Assembly (NCBI GenBank): GCA_009784185.1
Contig: WRCD01000001.1
Span: forward strand, 55,255-119,254
Origin: Bacillota bacterium
GTDB lineage: Bacteria; Bacillota; Clostridia; Christensenellales; UBA1242
Reading direction: 5' to 3'
DNA length: 64,000 bases
Shown: positions 59,600-64,000 of the stretch, piece after piece
How the letters are laid out: every line of letters begins with the position of its first letter
Numbering within the stretch: the stretch's first letter is position 1
The notes under the pieces: generated by a model
Told to the model about the DNA's origin: nothing
Database searches by the model: none
Seen by the model: the letters and a program-made list of their open reading frames with translations, nothing else
Made by a program: the position numbers and the translations under genes

Positions 59600-60145
59600 A
59601 TGAAACTGATAAAAACACTTGTTGCAGCCGTGCTGCTGATTGCCTGCCCGTTAGCGTTTTCGGCGTGTTTTAACAACGGAGATATTCCGCTTGGCACGTA
59701 CAAGCCCGGATTGGTTCAGATAGGCGATAACTCCGCTCACCGTTTTGCAATGGCAGATATGTATAGTCTGGACGATATGACTTCTGCTGCGGTAGTGCAA
59801 AGGATTGCCAACAAACTTGCGGAATTTGGCGTTACTTCAGATATTGATTCAAATTCTTTGGCATACAAGATTAAAAACTATTACGAATTTCATGCCGGCC
59901 TGACCGAGGTTGCCGTTGCAAGCAATCTGATTACAATTGATGCTAGAAGAACCAGTCTTGGACTGCAGAACGGTTCTAAAGCCAGCGAGTACACGGTAGA
60001 CTCTGCCGGTTTGATAGTGTTCCAAAAAGATATGTCTGCCGTGAAGTTTGAAGGAACAAAAGACTGGTCGTTTAAGAACAACGAGATTTATATGAACCAG
60101 AACGCAATAGACAGCACATCATACAGTTTTATTTATAAAAAATAG
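59600..60145 (+). CDS. Putative lipoprotein
   Basis: N-terminus MKLIKTLVAAVLLIAC with an LIAC lipobox-like motif (alternative FSAC). It has its own TTGACA-17-TATAAT promoter, an AAAGGAGA SD and a terminator. Confidence 0.55.
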   Translation: MKLIKTLVAAVLLIACPLAFSACFNNGDIPLGTYKPGLVQIGDNSAHRFAMADMYSLDDMTSAAVVQRIANKLAEFGVTSDIDSNSLAYKIKNYYEFHAGLTEVAVASNLITIDARRTSLGLQNGSKASEYTVDSAGLIVFQKDMSAVKFEGTKDWSFKNNEIYMNQNAIDSTSYSFIYKK

Positions 60146-60150
60146 CAAAC

Positions 60151-60178
60151 AAAAAGCCCGAGTAAAATCGGGCTTTTT
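60151..60178 (+). terminator. Intrinsic terminator after the lipoprotein gene
   Basis: The sequence AAAAAGCCCGA-GTAAAA-TCGGGCTTTTT forms the hairpin and T run. Confidence 0.75.
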
Positions 60179-60206
60179 ATATGGCGTACCTAACAAGCCT
60201 AAACGC

Positions 60207-60235
60207 TTGATATATCGTGTGTTTTGCAGTATAAT
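60207..60235 (+). promoter_or_regulatory. Promoter TTGATA-17-TATAAT placing +1 at the ATG of the 218-aa ORF
   Basis: The -10 hexamer ends 6 nt before the ATG at 60242, and no SD is present. Confidence 0.5.
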
Positions 60236-60241
60236 TAATGT

Positions 60242-60898
60242 ATGGAAGAAAAATGGAAACGTGCATGGTGTCCGTGGACGGAACGGTGTGGCGGAGCTGC
60301 GTTTGAGGGCGACATTGCCAACGGTAATTGGGCTGCGTATTGCGGCTTTGTGAAAGAATATAAGCGTGAACGCGATAAAACATATGAAAAAATTTCAAAA
60401 ACAGCTAGAGTGATAGATGCACAGCGTAGATTTGCAAAATTTACTCAAGAATCTCAAGCGCTTGTTTTGGAAACCAAGGCTCGTAAAATGCATCGCGACA
60501 CGATTGCCTGCTTTAATGCAAGGGTTGAAGACGATACAAAAACATTTAAAAGAATTATTAGCAGAGAGTCTAAAAACGGCAAATATGAAAGTAAAATACT
60601 GCAAGACACGCTTGGCGAATATATGGATGATTATTTCAAAAAAAAGTGGCAGGCAGAAAGTGATAATCCAAGCCCGGAGAGACAGAAACATGCCGACTGG
60701 TTAGGCTATCCAAATTTGGTAGCAGAGGTATGGTGTGAAAAGAAAAATGCTTTTATCAAGTATCATATTTATCCCTCAGCTTGGACAAAGCAGCAACGAA
60801 AGAAATGGGATGGCATGACTGAAAACGAGCAGAAAGTTGTATCCGAAAAGGAATGGCAGCGCATTACGGCCGAGCCCCAAACAAAGAGAAAACAATAA
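60242..60898 (+). CDS. Hypothetical K/E/W-rich protein (218 aa), no recognisable family
   Basis: It is a long ORF whose ATG lies at the predicted transcription start of a strong promoter (60207-60235). I recognise no motif in it. Confidence 0.45.
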   Translation: MEEKWKRAWCPWTERCGGAAFEGDIANGNWAAYCGFVKEYKRERDKTYEKISKTARVIDAQRRFAKFTQESQALVLETKARKMHRDTIACFNARVEDDTKTFKRIISRESKNGKYESKILQDTLGEYMDDYFKKKWQAESDNPSPERQKHADWLGYPNLVAEVWCEKKNAFIKYHIYPSAWTKQQRKKWDGMTENEQKVVSEKEWQRITAEPQTKRKQ

Positions 60899-60903
60899 CA
60901 GTG

Positions 60904-60978
60904 TGGCGTTCCCTACAAGAATCGAACTTGTAACTGGCCCTTAGGAGGGGCCTGTTATATCCATTTAACTAAGGGAAC
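60904..60978 (-). tRNA. tRNA-Arg (anticodon CCU)
   Basis: I folded a 75-nt cloverleaf by hand. Acceptor stem GTTCCCT/AGGGAAC, D stem GTTA/TAAC, anticodon stem GGCCC/GGGCC with loop CT-CCT-AA, T arm ACAAG-TTCGATT-CTTGT, discriminator G, and an encoded CCA. Confidence 0.85.
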
Positions 60979-60987
60979 AAGCCTTTA

Positions 60988-61016
60988 ATTATAGCACTTA
61001 AGCAGCGCTTGTGCAA
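60988..61016 (-). promoter_or_regulatory. tRNA-Arg promoter TTGCAC-17-TATAAT (minus strand)
   Basis: The -10 hexamer ends 9 nt before the first tRNA nucleotide. Confidence 0.55.
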
Positions 61017-61075
61017 GCCAAATTGTCAATTTTGTGCTCCTGCGTGGTGTAACTGCTGATTTTTCTATAAATCCG

Positions 61076-61104
61076 GTTGCCTAAATTGTTTTTTATTGGT
61101 ACAA
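61076..61104 (+). promoter_or_regulatory. yfhO-like gene promoter TTGCCT-17-(TGg)TACAAT
   Basis: The hexamers were read directly from the sequence. Confidence 0.5.
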
Positions 61105-61130
61105 TGTGATTTAAATAAGAAGGGGGAGTT

Positions 61131-63710
61131 ATGAAAGGGATAACTAAAAAACATTGGAAAACTATTTGGGAGTATTCGCTTCCGCCTTTGGTAACCTTGG
61201 TTTTGCTTAGTGTTTTCCTGGCCGTTAAGGGGGTATATCCTTTTGGCGGCGGAGCCGTCGGGCTGATAGACTATTATCATGGACTTGTACCGAGTTATAC
61301 TTATTTGTGGGATATGTTGCATGGTAATGCGTCCATTTTTTACTCCTCAGCTTTGGGTGGCGGCGGCAATATTTTTGCGTCTGGTATAATGAACTCTTTC
61401 CTGTGCCCAATTCTGTGGCTTGTTGCGCTTTTTCCGCGTGAGACATTGGCATTTAACATAGTGTTTATTATTGCAATTCTATTTTTGATAATTGCTTTTA
61501 CTTCTTACTTTTGCTTTAAAAGGCTTTTTCCGAATGTTAACAAATATTACCTACTGTTCTTTTCTATAATGTGGACCTTTAGTGCTTGGATGCTGGTACA
61601 TTACACCAACGTTGGCTGGCTGACCATTATTGCGCTTTTTCCATTGCTGGTTTTGGCACTAAGATACTTGATTCAAAAAAACAAAATAACCCCGTTCGTA
61701 ATAGTTTTTGCTTATAGTTTAATGCTTAGTTATTATATTTCGTTTATGATTCTTGTAGCACTGGTTGCCGTTGCGCTGATATATATTCTTATGCTTGTAA
61801 AGGAAAACAAGAAAAAGACCGCCGCGGCACTGGGATACGGCTTAATATTTTCACTGCTTATTTCTATGATTGCGTTTGCGCCTAGTTTAATAGCCGGCTT
61901 GGGAAGTTTCCGCATAGATTCCGGAGGCTCCGCACAGGTTTTGTATGAAAACTTTGGCAGCAAATTATTTATGATTATTGCCTTCCCCCTTCCGTTGGTA
62001 TTAATTGCCATGTACTTTATTAAACATTTTAAGACCGACAAGCGTATGGCACTTGTGTTTATTGCGGTTTTGGCAGTGCTTTTGTCCGGGCTCGTGTTTG
62101 AAAGGATTAACGCAATGTGGCATACGGGAAGCTATTATTCTTTTCCGTACAGATATAGTTTTGTAATTTTGTTTGCGTTGCTGTTTATGGCATTGTATTA
62201 CATCAATAAGTTTGATTGGCGGCATGATTTTAAGGAGATAAAAAGCAAATTTATTAGCGCACTCCTTATACCTGGTTTTGCAGTAACATATATATTCTTA
62301 TCGTTGGTGTCTCTGGGGCTAAATCACCCGTATCAAACATTGTCGCTTGCTACCACACTGCTGGTTCTTGCTTTAAGCGGTACCGGGGCGGCGCTATATG
62401 TGTTGTTTTTAAAACAGAAACGAACTACGCTGAAACATATAGGAGTTTGTGCTGTTGCTTTTGTAACAATATTCTCGCTGACGTTTGCATATTTCGGGGA
62501 TAGGTTTTACGAGGAACACCATAACCAGATTCAAACCAATTTCTCTATTAGTACATCTGGACTGGAACTTCCGTATCGTATTAAAGACAAGGACAATGTG
62601 TTGTATCCAAACTACCCGTTAATGCTGAATTACCCATCACTGTCTACATGGATTCATATCAGCCCTAACGACCAAACTCTGGCCTATCGCTATTTGGGAT
62701 ACAACGAGTACGGCGTGGTTCTTACCGACCAGGGCGGAAGTTTGTTTTCCGATTTACTGCTGGGAAACAGATATGTCTTGTCGTTAGACCCAAGTCTGTC
62801 TAGCGTGGTATACACAAAAATAGATGAGTTTCAGGGTGCCGAAAACAAGTTGTATATGTACGAGCATAACTTTACATTGCCCTATGTTCAACTGTTTGAT
62901 AAGGCCTTAGACATTTCTGAACTAAACGAATCCTCAATTTTAGATGCGCAGAATGAAATTTATCAAGCGCTGTTAGGCACTAACCAAAACATTATTAATA
63001 CTATTCCTTTCGTGTCTGAAGCGGTTGGAGAGGATATGAAAATTACGGTTAATGTTACGGAGCTTCAAAACCTTTATTTGCAATTTCCGTACGGAACAAA
63101 GGCCTTTCTGTTGGTGGACGACGATAACAAAATTGCCATAAACAACGGGTTGTTTGACCTTGGCATATTTGAGGATGAAACTGTGGAATTTCTAATTTCT
63201 GTGGATAGCCTGGAGGATGCTCAACTTAGCACAATAAAAATTGCAGATGTTCAGAATCTGTCACATGTTGCAAATAATAATTTTGCCAACTATCAGATAA
63301 CCAGGTCAGGAATTAAGTTTACCATAACTTCTGCTGGAAGTTCTCAGGCATTTGTACCCATTACATGGCTTGCGGATTACTCTGTAAAGGTAAACGGGCA
63401 AGTGGGCGAAATTTCAAAGGCCTTCACTTCGTTTGTGGTTGTGCAGTTGCATGACGGCGCAAATGTTATCGAGGTAGATTTTACTCCACAACTATTCAAT
63501 GTTGGAGCACTTATTTCCATAATAGCGTTAATCTTGGTTATTGCTTTATATATCTTAAACCGGTTTTTCAGGCTTTTAGACAAAAGAACCTTCCAATGGA
63601 TAGGAACAAGTTTGGGCGGTATCATTGTGTTGGCTATCGGCTTCCTAGTGTTTTTACAGCCGTTTGCACTAACGTTTGTGGATTTGTTTCATGCAATTTT
63701 TAAACCATAA
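61131..63710 (+). CDS. YfhO-family polytopic membrane protein (GT-C-type glycosyltransferase family)
   Basis: About 13 or more TM segments are followed by a C-terminal extracytoplasmic domain and a terminal TM. The N-terminal D..H(G).VP...YLWDMLHG pattern is typical of YfhO. It has an AAGGGGGAG SD and a promoter at 61076-61104. Confidence 0.6.
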   Translation: MKGITKKHWKTIWEYSLPPLVTLVLLSVFLAVKGVYPFGGGAVGLIDYYHGLVPSYTYLWDMLHGNASIFYSSALGGGGNIFASGIMNSFLCPILWLVALFPRETLAFNIVFIIAILFLIIAFTSYFCFKRLFPNVNKYYLLFFSIMWTFSAWMLVHYTNVGWLTIIALFPLLVLALRYLIQKNKITPFVIVFAYSLMLSYYISFMILVALVAVALIYILMLVKENKKKTAAALGYGLIFSLLISMIAFAPSLIAGLGSFRIDSGGSAQVLYENFGSKLFMIIAFPLPLVLIAMYFIKHFKTDKRMALVFIAVLAVLLSGLVFERINAMWHTGSYYSFPYRYSFVILFALLFMALYYINKFDWRHDFKEIKSKFISALLIPGFAVTYIFLSLVSLGLNHPYQTLSLATTLLVLALSGTGAALYVLFLKQKRTTLKHIGVCAVAFVTIFSLTFAYFGDRFYEEHHNQIQTNFSISTSGLELPYRIKDKDNVLYPNYPLMLNYPSLSTWIHISPNDQTLAYRYLGYNEYGVVLTDQGGSLFSDLLLGNRYVLSLDPSLSSVVYTKIDEFQGAENKLYMYEHNFTLPYVQLFDKALDISELNESSILDAQNEIYQALLGTNQNIINTIPFVSEAVGEDMKITVNVTELQNLYLQFPYGTKAFLLVDDDNKIAINNGLFDLGIFEDETVEFLISVDSLEDAQLSTIKIADVQNLSHVANNNFANYQITRSGIKFTITSAGSSQAFVPITWLADYSVKVNGQVGEISKAFTSFVVVQLHDGANVIEVDFTPQLFNVGALISIIALILVIALYILNRFFRLLDKRTFQWIGTSLGGIIVLAIGFLVFLQPFALTFVDLFHAIFKP

Positions 63711-63735
63711 AAAAGAGCCTTGCGGCTCTTTTTTG
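63710..63735. terminator. Bidirectional terminator
   Basis: The sequence AAAAAGAGCC-TTGC-GGCTCTTTTTT lies between convergent genes. Confidence 0.75.
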
Positions 63736-63770
63736 TGTTGTTATAGTTTCATTAAGGTTTTTATTTGACA

Positions 63771-64000
63771 CTACGGTCTGTATGCTTTGTTTTCGTAGTC
63801 TGCCACAAACCATTTTTTGCCTTTTTGAACTACAATATGGCCTTCGGCTTCTAAAAGCATTTTATGCCCTTCAATGCCTTGCGGGTACTTTTCGTTTAGC
63901 TCGCCGTTCTTTTTTAATGTCCGCCAATACGGGGTCTCGTCAGCGCCCATGCGCTCGTTGCTGGCTTCGGCAACAATGCGGGAAAATATTCCGGCAGTCA
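63771..64000 (-). CDS. MGMT-family (methylated-DNA--protein-cysteine methyltransferase DNA-binding domain-like) protein, C-terminal part; 5' end outside the window
   Basis: My minus-strand translation is ..IVAEASNERMGADETPYWRTLKKNGELNEKYPQGIEGHKMLLEAEGHIVVQKGKKWFVADYENKAYRP*. The (T/I)P(Y/W)WR...G..... and LL..EG patterns are present. Confidence 0.55.
   Translation of the reverse strand, partial: TAGIFSRIVAEASNERMGADETPYWRTLKKNGELNEKYPQGIEGHKMLLEAEGHIVVQKGKKWFVADYENKAYRP

Overview
This 64-kb chromosomal window comes from a moderate-GC bacterium that looks Bacillota/Clostridia-like. The lineage is only an inference from gene content: HelD, YfhO, Soj/Spo0J, and Listeria-Bacteroides and InlB-B-type repeats.

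(1) nt 1-25,100 is an origin-proximal housekeeping block. It holds mnmE (5'-truncated), mnmG, parA/soj, parB/spo0J with five parS-like sites, a ZIP transporter, an SDR, dnaB, helD, a four-helix-bundle cassette, a methyltransferase, a P-type cation ATPase, cysS, a TIGR00725-like gene, a short alaS, a DUF4097-like gene, tyrS, an HhH protein and a VOC protein. About 19 copies or fragments of short nested palindromic (MITE/RPE-like) repeats of two architectures are scattered through this block. Several are translated in frame inside genes: the mnmE G domain, the ATPase N domain and C-terminus, and a small membrane protein. They also create false N-terminal ORF extensions.

(2) nt 25,358-59,541, more than half the window, is a five-gene, same-strand, tightly packed operon. 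It encodes 11,366 aa of predicted surface proteins (6448, 733, 2467, 1389 and 329 aa). These are built from GLUG-type heads, Listeria-Bacteroides repeats, InlB-B-like modules and MBG-like modules. None has LPXTG. Each has an N-terminal signal and a C-terminal TM helix. Four share a homologous membrane-proximal module plus a conserved cytoplasmic tail motif. I consider this the best candidate for an undescribed anchoring/assembly system.

(3) Downstream lie a lipoprotein, an orphan protein on an apparently leaderless mRNA, tRNA-Arg(CCU), a YfhO-family GT-C and an MGMT-family gene fragment.

All functional calls rest on motif recognition by eye; no searches were run.
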